DNA of 64,000 bases from an uncultured Spirochaetota bacterium (GTDB taxonomy: Bacteria; Spirochaetota; Spirochaetia; SZUA-6; Fen-1364): the NCBI GenBank assembly GCA_963745235.1, contig CAVUXE010000053.1, positions 32,001 to 96,000 on the forward strand, written 5' to 3'. A model generated the notes under the pieces. That model had not been told where the DNA came from, made no database searches, and saw nothing but the letters and a program-made list of their open reading frames with translations. A program made the position numbers and the translations under genes. The first letter of the stretch is position 1, and each line of letters opens with the position of its first letter. Shown in pieces: positions 1 through 10,223 of this stretch.

Positions 1-764
1 TCGGGGTCCCAGGGCACCGGTCCGGGCTTTGCCACCGAGCCCGGCGCAGGCAGCGGGAACATCATTCCCTTTGCTGCGTACTGGGTGAAAGAGCCCTCGG
101 TATCTTCACGCTCCTGGTGGATGTGGCCATAGAAAAGGGTCACATTCGAAAACGGCTTCAGCAGCGCCAGGGCTTTGTCTCCGTCCTTGGTTCTCCAGTC
201 CCACTGCGAGTAGACCTCCAGGAGCGGCCGGTGCGCAAAGACGATGACCTGCGAGCTCCTGTCGAAACCCTTGAGGGTCTGCTCCAGCCATGAAAGTTGG
301 ACATCCCCCAGGCTGCTGCCAGCGGTCACGTTGTCCAGCGCGATGAAATGGACGCCCTTCAGGTCAAACGCGTAGTACCTCTTGCCGAAGTTCTTCTCGT
401 ACGCCGCGGCCGCGTCCAGGCCGGCGTCGTGCTCCCCGGGCAGGAACCTGATGTTCTGCACCTTGAGTGCCCTGATGATGTCCTTGAACTCCGTCATGCG
501 CTGCTGCCGGACCGCGGCGTCATTCGTCGTGTGAGTCTCGTCTCCCGTGAAGACGATGAAGTCCGGCGTCGCGGGCAGCCCGTTCACCTGGGCAATCGCC
601 TTTTTCAAAGTCCCCGCGTAGTCCGGGTTGACCTTCGGATTGTCGAAGCCCCAATGAGTATCCGAGAGCTGCACGAAGAATATCTGGTCGCTGAAGGCGG
701 CCGGGGCGCCCGCCAGCGCAGCGACGACGATAACACAAGCAAGAACACAAAGCCTGAGCTTCAT
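1..764 (-). CDS. Secreted calcineurin-like metallophosphoesterase (CpdA/Icc-like); 3' end runs off the window
   Basis: Hand translation (absent from ORF track): MKLRLCVLACVIVVAALAGAPAAFSDQIFFVQLSDTHWG..FTGDETH..PGEHD..FAHRP..YGHIH. Shows a signal peptide, MPP motifs and a GGAGG RBS. Confidence 0.85.
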   Translation of the reverse strand, partial: MKLRLCVLACVIVVAALAGAPAAFSDQIFFVQLSDTHWGFDNPKVNPDYAGTLKKAIAQVNGLPATPDFIVFTGDETHTTNDAAVRQQRMTEFKDIIRALKVQNIRFLPGEHDAGLDAAAAYEKNFGKRYYAFDLKGVHFIALDNVTAGSSLGDVQLSWLEQTLKGFDRSSQVIVFAHRPLLEVYSQWDWRTKDGDKALALLKPFSNVTLFYGHIHQEREDTEGSFTQYAAKGMMFPLPAPGSVAKPGPVPWDP

Positions 765-832
765 GAGAACCTCCATGCTTTCTCCTACACCGAAGGTCGA
801 GAACCGGATTGGGGTTCCGGGAGGCCGGTGGA

Positions 833-1387
833 TCAAGCTTCTGAGATCGCAGGTCGGAGGAAGGCCATCCCCACTTTTTCCTTCGCGGTTTTGCACTCTT
901 GCGTCGGTATTGGGCTCGTGGAAGGGAGGCGGGCGATGAGGACACTGTGCCCCTCCAATTCCGGAGGCCTCCATTCGATTTCCGATCCGATCGGAGGGTC
1001 CTTTCTCATTTGCCCGTGGCCGAAATGCTGAATGAACGACGAAGCGGCTCTGCCGCCATTGAGGGCGATCCGTTCGATCGATGGGTGATCAAGAACATAG
1101 TCGATCAGAAGATTCGGCCGCCCATTTCTGATGTCCTTGTCAAGGCTCCCTGCGCGTTCACATGAAGCCAGCACGTCCCAGACTGCGATCCCGTGTCGTT
1201 CGAGCAGAGCCAGCCTGGCGCGATACTCCTCGGGAAACGGTGCGTCCAGGACGATGCGGAGAACCTCCCAGAAGTGGTTTCTCGCGTTGCCGTAATACTG
1301 CCCCTTTTCGAGTGACATTGCCGAAGGGAAGGAACCAAGAATGAGGAGGCGGGGCCGCGCAGAGCCGACAGGCGGGAGACCATTCAT
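833..1387 (-). CDS. Uracil-DNA glycosylase superfamily, hypoxanthine/deoxyinosine DNA glycosylase type
   Basis: Motifs LILGSFPSAMSL..QYYGNARNHFW, WDVL..C.R.GSLD..I and LPSTSP; start placed at the internal Met (MNGLPPV). Confidence 0.85.
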   Translation of the reverse strand: MNGLPPVGSARPRLLILGSFPSAMSLEKGQYYGNARNHFWEVLRIVLDAPFPEEYRARLALLERHGIAVWDVLASCERAGSLDKDIRNGRPNLLIDYVLDHPSIERIALNGGRAASSFIQHFGHGQMRKDPPIGSEIEWRPPELEGHSVLIARLPSTSPIPTQECKTAKEKVGMAFLRPAISEA

Positions 1388-1511
1388 AAGACATATGCGT
1401 TCCAATATCCGGAACTTGTCAAGCTTGGGGTGGGGGGCGCGGCTTACCACAGCGCTTGTCAACAAGCTTCGCAAGAAGAGGCCGCGTCGCTTCTAAGCGA
1501 CCATCATTTTT

Positions 1512-1815
1512 TTCTTTACGACGAAGAGGAATGTGCATAGCACGGCTCATTCCCACCTGAACGCGGCCGTGCTGGACAGCTCCTGGGAGCAGACAGAATG
1601 ACAGGCCGTTCCTGCTGATTCCCTACGCGTACGAAGGCACGGGTCACCAGTTTGAGCCCGGGTATCTTGTCCGCCTTGCAAATCGGAGGGCGCTGGTCCT
1701 CGAGATGAAGGGTGAGGAAAACGATCAGGACAGGGCACCCGCATCCGCTGCCGGGGATATTGAAAAGAATGGCAACTGGGTCCTGAAGCGCATCGCGCTG
1801 GTGTGGTGTAAGTAG
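1512..1815 (+). pseudogene. Remnant of the C-terminal nuclease region of a type III restriction (Res-like) subunit
   Basis: Two frames joined near 1595: FFTTKRNVHSTAHSHLNAAVLDSSWEQ and NDRPFLLIPYAYEGTGHQFEPGYLVRLANRRALVLEMKGEE. This is a PD..ExK-like motif with PD changed to PG; no start codon and no helicase part. Confidence 0.6.
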
Positions 1816-1901
1816 CGCTTCTTTACAACGCGCGAACTTGGAGAGCACCTGGATGCAGCTATCGGCGGAAAACGGCAAGCATCCGAGGGGCGAAAAAACA
1901 C

Positions 1902-1930
1902 TTGCAGTAATAACTAAACAAATGTATAGT
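1902..1930 (+). promoter_or_regulatory. Sigma70-type promoter with overlapping near-palindromic operator; probable leaderless start
   Basis: TTGCAG-17bp-TATAGT with ATG 7 nt later and no RBS; ACTAAACAAATGTATAGT (1913-1930) is 14/18 self-complementary. Confidence 0.6.
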
Positions 1931-1937
1931 ACCTGCC

Positions 1938-3273
1938 ATGGAGAACCTCGAGGAACTCGGTCAGGAGATCGCCAGCTTGTCCGCCCACCTGGATGCAGCC
2001 GCCCATCGTCTGCTGGAATGCATCCGACGCTTCGATGAGGCCTGCGGCTGGCACGAGCAGGGCGCGGTGTCCTGCGCGCACTGGCTGGCGTGGCGCCTCG
2101 GATGGGACCTGGCCACCGCCCGCGAGAAGGTACGGGTGGCACGCGCGCTGGGTAGGCTGCCCGCCATCAACGAATCGTTGCGCACCGCCAGGCTATCCTA
2201 CGCCAAGGTTCGCGCGCTCACTCGGGTGGCGACCCCCGAGAACGAAGCGAAGCTGCTGGAGATGGCGCTTATCGCAACCGGGGCGCAGCTTGAGCGGCTG
2301 TGCCGAGGCTATCGAGGGGTACTGGACTCTGAAAGGACGCCGGCGCCGGAGGAGCGTTCGGTACGCCAGCGGCTGCTGGCGGGGGGGATGGTCAAGCTGG
2401 AGTTGGTGCTTGAGCCCGACGAGGCGGATTTGATCCTGCGCGCCATCGAGCGCGCCCGGGAGGTGCACGCCCGCAGGGCAGAGCCGCTGGAGACAGAGGC
2501 TCCCGGAGCGCCTGCCGACCTGCGTGCCTCCGGTACCTGCGGCGCGGGGGGAGGCGGAGGCAGTTGAAGCCGCCGGCGTTTCCGCGGAAACGTGCTGGCC
2601 CTCGCGGGCTGACGGCGCGGTGAAGCTCGCCGAGTCGTTCCTGGCAGGCAATCCCGTGACGGGAACCGGCGGGGAGCGCTTCCAGGTCATGGTTCACCTG
2701 GATCAGGAGGTGCTTGGGCCAGACAGTGCTTGGGCGGCCACCCTGGAGGACGGAACGCGCATTTCCGCGGAAACGTTGCGCCGGGTGGCCTGCGATTGCG
2801 GCCTCGTGGCCACAGGTGGCGATGGGGAGGCACTGAACATCGGTCGCCGCGCCCGCAGTATTCCGCCCGCCATCCGTCGCGCCCTGATGCTGCGTGACCG
2901 CGGCTGCGCCTTTCCGGGGTGCACCCACACGGCCTTCCTTCACGGGCACCACATCCGGCACTGGCTGCACGGCGGGGAAACCAGCCTGGTCAATGTTGTC
3001 CTGCTGTGCAGCCTCCATCATCACCTGGTTCACGAAGGCGGGTGGACCGTAACCTCCGCAACCGACGGCGCTTTTGCCTTTCACTCGCCTGCCGGCAAGC
3101 TGCTCGCGCCCGAGCCGCCGCGCGAGCTGGTTGATGACACGCTGGACTGGCTGCGCGAGTGGGCTGATGAGCACGAGCTGGACCTTGGCCCTGACGTCAA
3201 CGTGCCGCAGTGGGATGGGAAGACACCGGACTACAACGCTGCGGTGGGATGGCTGCTGGCGGCTGGCCAGTAG
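1938..3273 (+). CDS. DUF222 + HNH endonuclease (13E12-repeat-like); frameshift near 2550
   Basis: N-terminal GWHEQGAVSCAHWLAWRLG..AREKVRVARAL..LSYAKVRALTR; C-terminal RDRGCAFPGC..HGHHIRHWLHGGETS..NVVLLCSLHHHLVHEGGW; break lies in a G run. Confidence 0.9.
2577..2592. repeat. Perfect 16-bp palindrome CGTTTCCGCGGAAACG; 12-bp core repeated at 2762-2773
   Basis: Read directly from the sequence; the copies encode VSAET and ISAET within the DUF222 gene. Confidence 0.9.
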
Positions 3274-3319
3274 CCGCTGGCGCCCGCGGCGATTGTCACG
3301 CTATTTCTGTGACATTACA

Positions 3320-6300
3320 CTAGAGGTGCGGCCCGGTGAGCAGGAGCTTCAGCCTGTTGAGCTGGTTCACTTCGCTGGCGCCCGGGTCATAGTCTATGGG
3401 GGCGATGGTCACCTCCGGGTGACGCCTGCGGAGCTCGCGGATCATGCCCTTGCCGGTCACGTGGTTGGGCAGGCACGCGAAGGGCTGGATGCACGCAATG
3501 GCATTCACGCCGCTTCCGATGAGCTCCACCATTTCAGCGGTGAGGAACCATCCTTCGCCCGTCATGTTCCCCAGCTGGACGATCCCGTCCACTCCCTCAG
3601 CGAGCCGCCGGAAGCCCTGAGGAGGATCGAACCTCTTTGACGCCGCAAGCTCACGCTTCATGCGCACACGGAACAGCTCGATCAGGGCGATCGCGAGCCT
3701 GGCCAGCAGCGCGCCGCGGAGGCTGCCGGCCAGCTTCCTGCGGCGGAACAGGTTCCCCGAGGAGGAGTACAGAAGGAAGTCCACCAGGTCAGGGACGACG
3801 GCTTCCGCCCCTTCTGATTCGATCACCCGAACTATCTCATTATTGGCCGTGGGGTGGAACTTGACCAGGATCTCCCCGACAACTCCGACCCTGAGCTTGC
3901 TCTCGTTTCTGACAGGCAGCTCATCGAAGGCCTTGACCATGAGCGATATGGTGCGGTGGAAGGTCCGCAGGCGCGGACGAGCGAGCGCCTGCGCGCAGGT
4001 CTCGCTCCAGAGCGCGCAGAGGCGGTCAGCCGCTCCCGGTTCGACCTCGTACGGACGCACCCGGTAGAGCATCCTCATGAGAAGGTCGCCGTACACGAGC
4101 GCCATCATCGCCCGGGCCAGAAAGGGCAAGGTCAGGCGGAAACCGGGATTCTTCTCCAGGCCAAGCGCGTTGACGGATATGACCGGCACGTGGCCCATCC
4201 CGGCGTCCGCCAGCGCCTTGCGAATGAAGGCGATGTAGTTGGTGGCCCTGCAGCCGCCGCCTGTCTGCGAGATAAGGAGCGCGGTGCGCGACGGGTCGTA
4301 GCGTCCCGAGCGGAGAGCCGACATCATCTGGCCGACCACGAGGATGGAGGGATAGCAGGCGTCGTTGTTGACGTAGGTGAGTCCCACGTCCACGGCCTTT
4401 CTGTCCACCTCGGGAAGGATCTCCAGGTTGAAGCCGGAGAGCCGAAAGGCGCGCTCCAGGATGCGGAAGTGGATTGGCGACATCTGCGGGGCCAGGATCG
4501 TGTGGGTCTGCTTCATGCCGGCAGTGAAAACCGGACGCGACTCCCCCGACCGCGCGGGACGGTGGCCGAGGTCCGGGCCCCGCGCATCCAGCGCCGCCTT
4601 GAGCGAGCGCAGGCGGATGCGCGCCGCTCCGAGGTTCGACTGCTCATCGATCTTCAGCAGCGCGGATGCCCTGCCATGCCGGGACAGTATCTCCTGCACC
4701 TGGTCGGTGGTCACGGCATCCAGGCCGCACCCGAAGGAGGTGAGCTGCACGAGGGCCAGGTCTCTCCGATCCGCGGCAAAGGAGGCCGCCGCGTACAGGC
4801 GGGTATGGTAGACCCACTGGTCTATCACCCGAAGGGGACGCTGGATCCGGCCCAGGTGGGAGACCGAGTCCTCCGTGAGGACAGCCATGCCGAGGGAAAC
4901 GATGAGCTCGGGAACGCCGTGATGGATCTCCGGGTCCAGGTGATAGGGTCTGCCGGCAAGGATCACGCCGCGAAGGCGCCGCTCTTCGATCTCTTTCAGG
5001 ACCTCTTCCCCCTTTGCCCTGACTTCCCCCTTGAAGCGGGCCTGCTCTGCAAAGGCGGCTTCCACGGCGCCGTCGATATCAGTTCGCGAAATGCCTGCCC
5101 ATGCGAGCTCCTCCGCGAGTCGCTCCTTCAAGCGCCTGGGGTGGTGGAGGGGAAGAAACGGATTTGCGTAGCGGACACCGCGGTGGCCGGGTGCGGCGCT
5201 CCTCAGCCCTTCCACGTTGTTGAGGATCACCTCGGGGTAGGAGGTCACGATGGGGCAGTTGAAATGGTTGGCCGCGTCCTCTGTCTTCTCGCGGGCTGTA
5301 CGGCACGCAGGGATAGAAAATGAAATTGAGGCCATCCCGCACCAGACGGGTGATATGCCCGTGCACCAGCTTCCCCGGATAGCAGACGGACTCGGACGGG
5401 ATGGTCTCCATGCCCGCCTCGTATACCGACTTGCTGGAGCGCGGCGACAGGCGGACGGAGAACCCCAGGTGCGTAAAGAACGTGAACCAGAACGGGTAGT
5501 CTTCGTAGATGTTCAGGACCCGGGGGATGCCCACCACGCCGCGAGGGGCATCACCGGGGGCCAGGGGCCGATAGCGGAACAGGCGGGCAAGCTTCCACGC
5601 AAAGAGGTTGGGGATCTGCGCGGTTGCCGGGCCTCCTGTGGCAGCCCGGTCACCGCCGAGACGGGCTCCCCGCTCGCAGCGATTCCCCGAAACGTATGAT
5701 CGGGTGTCGGAGAACCGCGTGATCGTGAGCATGCAGGCGTTCTGGCACGACCTGCACCTTTCCATGGACACGCTGGTGCGCAGGGCGCATACCTCCTGAA
5801 GGCCGAGCATTCCGCTGCGCTCAACGCCGGAGGCCCTGCGCCGCGCAAGGAGGGCGGCCCCGAATGCTCCCATGAGACCGGCCACGTCGGGCCGGACCGC
5901 GGTGCGACCCGCGACGAGCTCGAATGCGCGCAGGACGGCGTCGTTCAGGAAAGTGCCTCCCTGGACGACCACCTTCTCCCCGAGCTCATCCGGGCTCTTC
6001 AGGCGGATCACTTTCTGCAGCGCATTGCGGATCACGGAGTAGGAAAGGCCGGCCGAGATGTCTCCGACCCCCGCGCCTTCCTTCTGCGCCTGCTTGACCC
6101 GTGAGTTCATGAACACCGTGCAGCGCGATCCCAGGTCCACCGGGGCCGCGGCGCGCAGCGCTTCGCAGCCGAACCGCTCCACCGGCATTCCCAGGGACTG
6201 GGCGAAGGTTTCCAGGAACGAGCCGCAGCCGGACGAGCACGCCTCGTTCAACAGTACGGTGGAGATGGTCCCGTCGTTGACGCGGAGGAACTTCATGTCC

Positions 6301-7592
6301 TGCCCGCCGATGTCCAGGATGGATTGGACCCCGGGGAGGAACTCCGATGCGGCCGCCTGGTGCGCGACGGTCTCCACCTCTCCATCATCGAGACGGAACG
6401 CCTCCCTGACCAGGGCTTCCCCGTACCCCGTGGAACACGCGCGGGAGACCCAGGCGCCAGGGGGAATGGCGCGAAGCACCTCGGTGACCATTGCTGTGGC
6501 GACTCCCAGAGGATCCCCGCCGTTGCCCCGGTACGCTGACCACGCAATGGCCCCCTTGGCATCGATCACGACCGCCTTGGTGGTCGTCGAGCCTGCATCC
6601 AGCCCGAAGAACAGAGGTCCGCGCGCCCCCGCAATCTCCGTCCTCAGCGCGCGGGCTTTCCCGTGCCGGTCACGGAACGCCGCAAGCTCGCTCCCGTCCC
6701 GGAACAGCGGGCGCATGCGCTGCACCTCGGGCTCCCTCTCACCGCACAGTCCGCGCACACGGTCCCGAAGCTCCATGAGGCCAACGACGTTCTCTTTCTC
6801 CGAGGCAAGCGCGGCCCCCATGGCCACGAAGAGCTCGGCGCGAGCGGGGGTTCGAACGTGCTCGGGAGCCAGGCCGAGAGTCTTCACGAAGAGCTTCCTC
6901 GTTTCGGGAAGGAAATGCAGCGGACCGCCGAGGAAGGCGACCCGGCCGCGGATGGGCTTCCCGCAGGCGAGCCCCGAGATCGTCTGGTTCACCACCGCCT
7001 GCAGCACGCTGGCCGCGATGTCCTCCCGGCGCGCGCCCTCGTTGATGAGGGGTTGCACGTCGGACTTTGCGAACACTCCACAACGGGCGGCAATGGGGTA
7101 GATGGTCGTATGGGCCCGGGCAAGCTCGTTGAGCCCCGCGGCGTCGGTCTGCAGGAGGCTCGCCATCTGGTCGATGAACGCCCCGGTGCCCCCCGCGCAC
7201 GTGCCATTCATGCGCTGCTCCAGGCCGCCCGTGAAATACGTGATCTTGGCGTCCTCTCCGCCCAGCTCGATCGCGACATCCGTGTCCGGCAGAAATCGGG
7301 AGACCGCGCGCGTGCCGGCGATCACCTCCTGCACAAAGGGGAGATCGAGCCATCGGGAGACCGAGAGGCCGCCGGAGCCGGTGATTGCCACGCTGAGTGA
7401 CTGCCCCGGGGCCGCCCGGCAAAGCTCATCATGGGCAGCCTCCACGATCTCGATCAACGCGCCCCGGATGTCGGCGTGGTGACGCTCGTAGGTGCTGAAG
7501 ACAAGCGCGTCACTGGCGTCCAGGACCGCAAGCTTGACCGTCGTTGAGCCGATGTCGATGCCGGCGTGAAGCGTCCCGTTGGCCGTGCTCAC
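3320..7592 (-). CDS. Fused acyl-CoA dehydratase activase (2x BadF/BadG/BcrA/BcrD ATPase + DUF2229 + dehydratase-like domain), PlsAR/Ger-like; frameshift near 5285
   Basis: First ATPase [29 protein letters not shown]; second ATPase [27 protein letters not shown]; then [31 protein letters not shown] and QPFACLPNH; about 1420 aa once joined. Confidence 0.85.
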
Positions 7593-7847
7593 GATCCGGA
7601 GGCCTCCGCTATCCAGTCGTCGCCTCCGCCGCCCTCTCTCTCCATGAGCCCGAGCTCCACGAGGCTGTGTCGGAGCATCGCCGTGTCATCGCTGAATCGA
7701 GTGAGCATCTCGTTCACGGCCGCTTCCTTGTACCGGAGGCCCGGCGCGAAAGGTGGTGGGATACCGTTGACCCGCCCAGTCCCGATTCATGTCGGCAAGG
7801 GCACGGAAGAAGCCGAGAAGCTCCTTCGTCAGGGATTCAGATGTCAT
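7589..7847 (-). pseudogene. Internally deleted ArsR-HTH + DUF2087 regulator remnant
   Basis: Three frames in series: MTSESLTKELLGFFRALADMNR / GLGGSTVSHHLSR / [46 protein letters not shown]. The stop overlaps the activase start (GTGA). Confidence 0.7.
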
Positions 7848-8036
7848 GGCTGTGCCTCAAGAGAAAAAACGATTCGATGCTTTTGAAATCGTTTCTATCA
7901 CTATCAATGTGACAGCGTCAAGGCGGCCGGCGCTCACGAGCGCTGTCGTTGACAACAAAAGCGCCTTCTTCCATTGTAAGCATAGGGTGCCGATGCTGAA
8001 GGCGCCCTCCATAAACGCTGGCGAGGAGCCTTTTCG

Positions 8037-8902
8037 ATGTGCGATCACTGCATGAAACACGGAGCCGGGGGCAAGTGGTATCTCAACGCGAAAAGCTACT
8101 CGGAAGAGGTCGCGAGCAAGTACAATCTCCGCGAGTTCCTGCTGGAGCAGTACAAGAACTTCGAGCAGATCTCCGTGCGCAAGGTAGCCGGCTTCAGCCC
8201 GGTGGGCAACGACCATCTTTTCAGAATGCCCATCATCGGAAGGATCGTGCGACGGACCAAGGGCTCCTGCACAGCACCCGGCCGCCCAGGAACCCCTTTC
8301 GCCCGGAAGGGCACATCGGCCAGGTGGTCCCCCTGGAGGATGCGGTGGCCATTCTGGAAACCTGCGCAGCGGAGCCCATCATCGAGAAGAACTGCATGTG
8401 CCGCTACATGACGCGCGGTGAGAAGGAGGCCTGCTGCATCAACTTCGGCGTCATGTCGGAGATCATCGACAAGCTGCCCCGGTTCATCCCGGAGAAAGAG
8501 AAGTACCACCTGAGCCGGGAAGAGGCCGTTCGCAGGTTCACGGAGCACAACCAGAAGGGCTACATCGGGACCATCTGGTACGGCCCGTACCCGTACATCA
8601 ATAACCTGTGCTCCTGCAAGAGCCCCGAATGTGCGGGCATCCGGCCGCGCATGGACTTCGGCATCATGTCCATCCACAAGGCGGAATACGTTGCCGATAT
8701 CCATGACACCCTTTGCCGTGGATGTCTCCAGTGCGTGCAGCGCTGCCCGTTCAAGGCAATCGATGGAGACAGGAAGACCGGCAGGCCCCGCGTCAACCAG
8801 GAGAAGTGCTTCGGCTGCGGAGTTTGCCGCCACGCCTGCGACACGCGTGCCCTGTTCCTTGTCCCGCGCGCCAGCCGCGCGGCGGTTGCCGGCAGGTACT
8901 GA
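8037..8902 (+). CDS. Cys-rich 4Fe-4S dicluster domain protein; frameshift near 8260
   Basis: N-terminal MCDHCMKHGAGGKWYLN; central CMCR..CC and CSC...C; C-terminal CRGCLQCVQRCP and CFGCGVCRHAC. Confidence 0.8.
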
Positions 8903-8907
8903 CCGGC

Positions 8908-9171
8908 ATGCTCCGAAGGACACGAATCAGCATCGACTATTCCCTGTGCGGGGACGGCCGGGGCGTGGACCCGCGGGTCTGCTGCCTCTGCCTGCGCGCC
9001 TGCGAACCCGCCGTTTTCCTGCTCCATCAAACCATCGGAGCCCTCCAGCCTGATCCGCTGGACCCACAGACCTGGCGCGTCACCCCGCTGTGGCAGTCCC
9101 TGTGCACCGGCTGCATGAAGTGCGTGCTATCCTGTCCCCCGGGTGCCATCAGGGTGAGACATTCCGCATGA
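8908..9171 (+). CDS. Small ferredoxin-like protein
   Basis: MLRRTRISIDYSLC..CCLCLRAC..CTGCMKCVLSCP; ATGA overlap with the next gene. Confidence 0.75.
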   Translation: MLRRTRISIDYSLCGDGRGVDPRVCCLCLRACEPAVFLLHQTIGALQPDPLDPQTWRVTPLWQSLCTGCMKCVLSCPPGAIRVRHSA

Positions 9172-10223
9172 GCGACCGCGCGGCATCGCCGCAAAAATAC
9201 CTGGTCATGGGCGGCGCGGGAATGCTCGGGTACGAGATCGTGCGCCAGCTCCTGGATCGCGGCAAAGACGTTCGCGTGCTGGACCTCCAGCCGCTTGCTG
9301 ACAGTCGACCCGAGTCAATAGTCGGCGACATCCGTGATCCTCGGGCCGTCGAGCGGGCCTGTGAAGGCATGGACGTGGTGATCCAGACCGCGGCCTCTGT
9401 CTGGAACGTGCGCACCCCGCGAAGCCTCTACGACCAGGTGAACGTTGGCGGGAACCGGCTCGTCATCGACTCCTGCCTGCGCCTGGGCGTGCCGCGTCTT
9501 GTCTACACCAGCTCCATGGACGTCGTCGTTGACGGGAGAAAGCCGATCAGGGATGGCGATGAATCCCTTCCCTATCCGGCACGGATGCCGAAGGACGCGT
9601 ACAGCAGGTCAAAGATCGTGGCCGAGCAAATGGTGCTGGCGGCCAATGGCCGGCAGCTTTGCACGTGCGTGCTTCGGCCGGTGGGGATGTACGGGCCGCG
9701 GGACAAGTACCACCTGGGCAACATCATCGCCATGGCGCGCAAGGGTGTGTCTCTCCGTCTGGGCAACGGGTCAGCCCGGTTCAGTCATGCCTATTCGGAG
9801 AATGTGGCGCACGCCCACCTCCTTGCCGCAGAGCGCCTGCAGCCGGGCGGACCGGTGTGCGGGCAGTGCTATTTCATCTGCGATCACTACCCGGCGGAGA
9901 ACCTCTTCGATTTCATGGAGCCGTTTCTGCGGGCGCTGGATCTGCCCGTTCCGCGCCGTTCCATCCCCTATCGGCTGGCCTACGCGCTTGCCGCGCTTGC
10001 CGAGGTGGTTGCCCCGCATTCGAACTTCAACCGCTTCGCGGTCATTCAGACCTGCGTGGATCATACCTTCGTGGACACAAAGGCGGCCCATGAGCTGGGT
10101 TACCGTCCCATCGTGTCCCGCGAAGAGGCGTTTCGAAGGTCCGTGAGGTGGCTGCGGGACCCCGGCGCGGCCCCGGCTCCTATTCCAGGTTCGCGTGACG
10201 CTCGAACATCTTCTGCTCGCTGA
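9168..10223 (+). CDS. 3-beta-hydroxysteroid dehydrogenase/isomerase-like extended SDR
   Basis: GGAGMLG, VYTSSMDVV, DESLPYP, YSRSK, LRPVGMYGPRD and ENVAHAHLLA. Confidence 0.85.
   Translation: MSDRAASPQKYLVMGGAGMLGYEIVRQLLDRGKDVRVLDLQPLADSRPESIVGDIRDPRAVERACEGMDVVIQTAASVWNVRTPRSLYDQVNVGGNRLVIDSCLRLGVPRLVYTSSMDVVVDGRKPIRDGDESLPYPARMPKDAYSRSKIVAEQMVLAANGRQLCTCVLRPVGMYGPRDKYHLGNIIAMARKGVSLRLGNGSARFSHAYSENVAHAHLLAAERLQPGGPVCGQCYFICDHYPAENLFDFMEPFLRALDLPVPRRSIPYRLAYALAALAEVVAPHSNFNRFAVIQTCVDHTFVDTKAAHELGYRPIVSREEAFRRSVRWLRDPGAAPAPIPGSRDARTSSAR

Noticed and set aside
297-1031. Long antisense and shadow ORFs (also 3854-5323, 33733-35271, 53209-54621 and others)
   Set aside because: They lie opposite well-supported genes and are expected in high-GC DNA.
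1938-3273. Classical IS element
   Set aside because: No DDE, HUH or serine transposase motifs, terminal inverted repeats or target duplication were found by eye.
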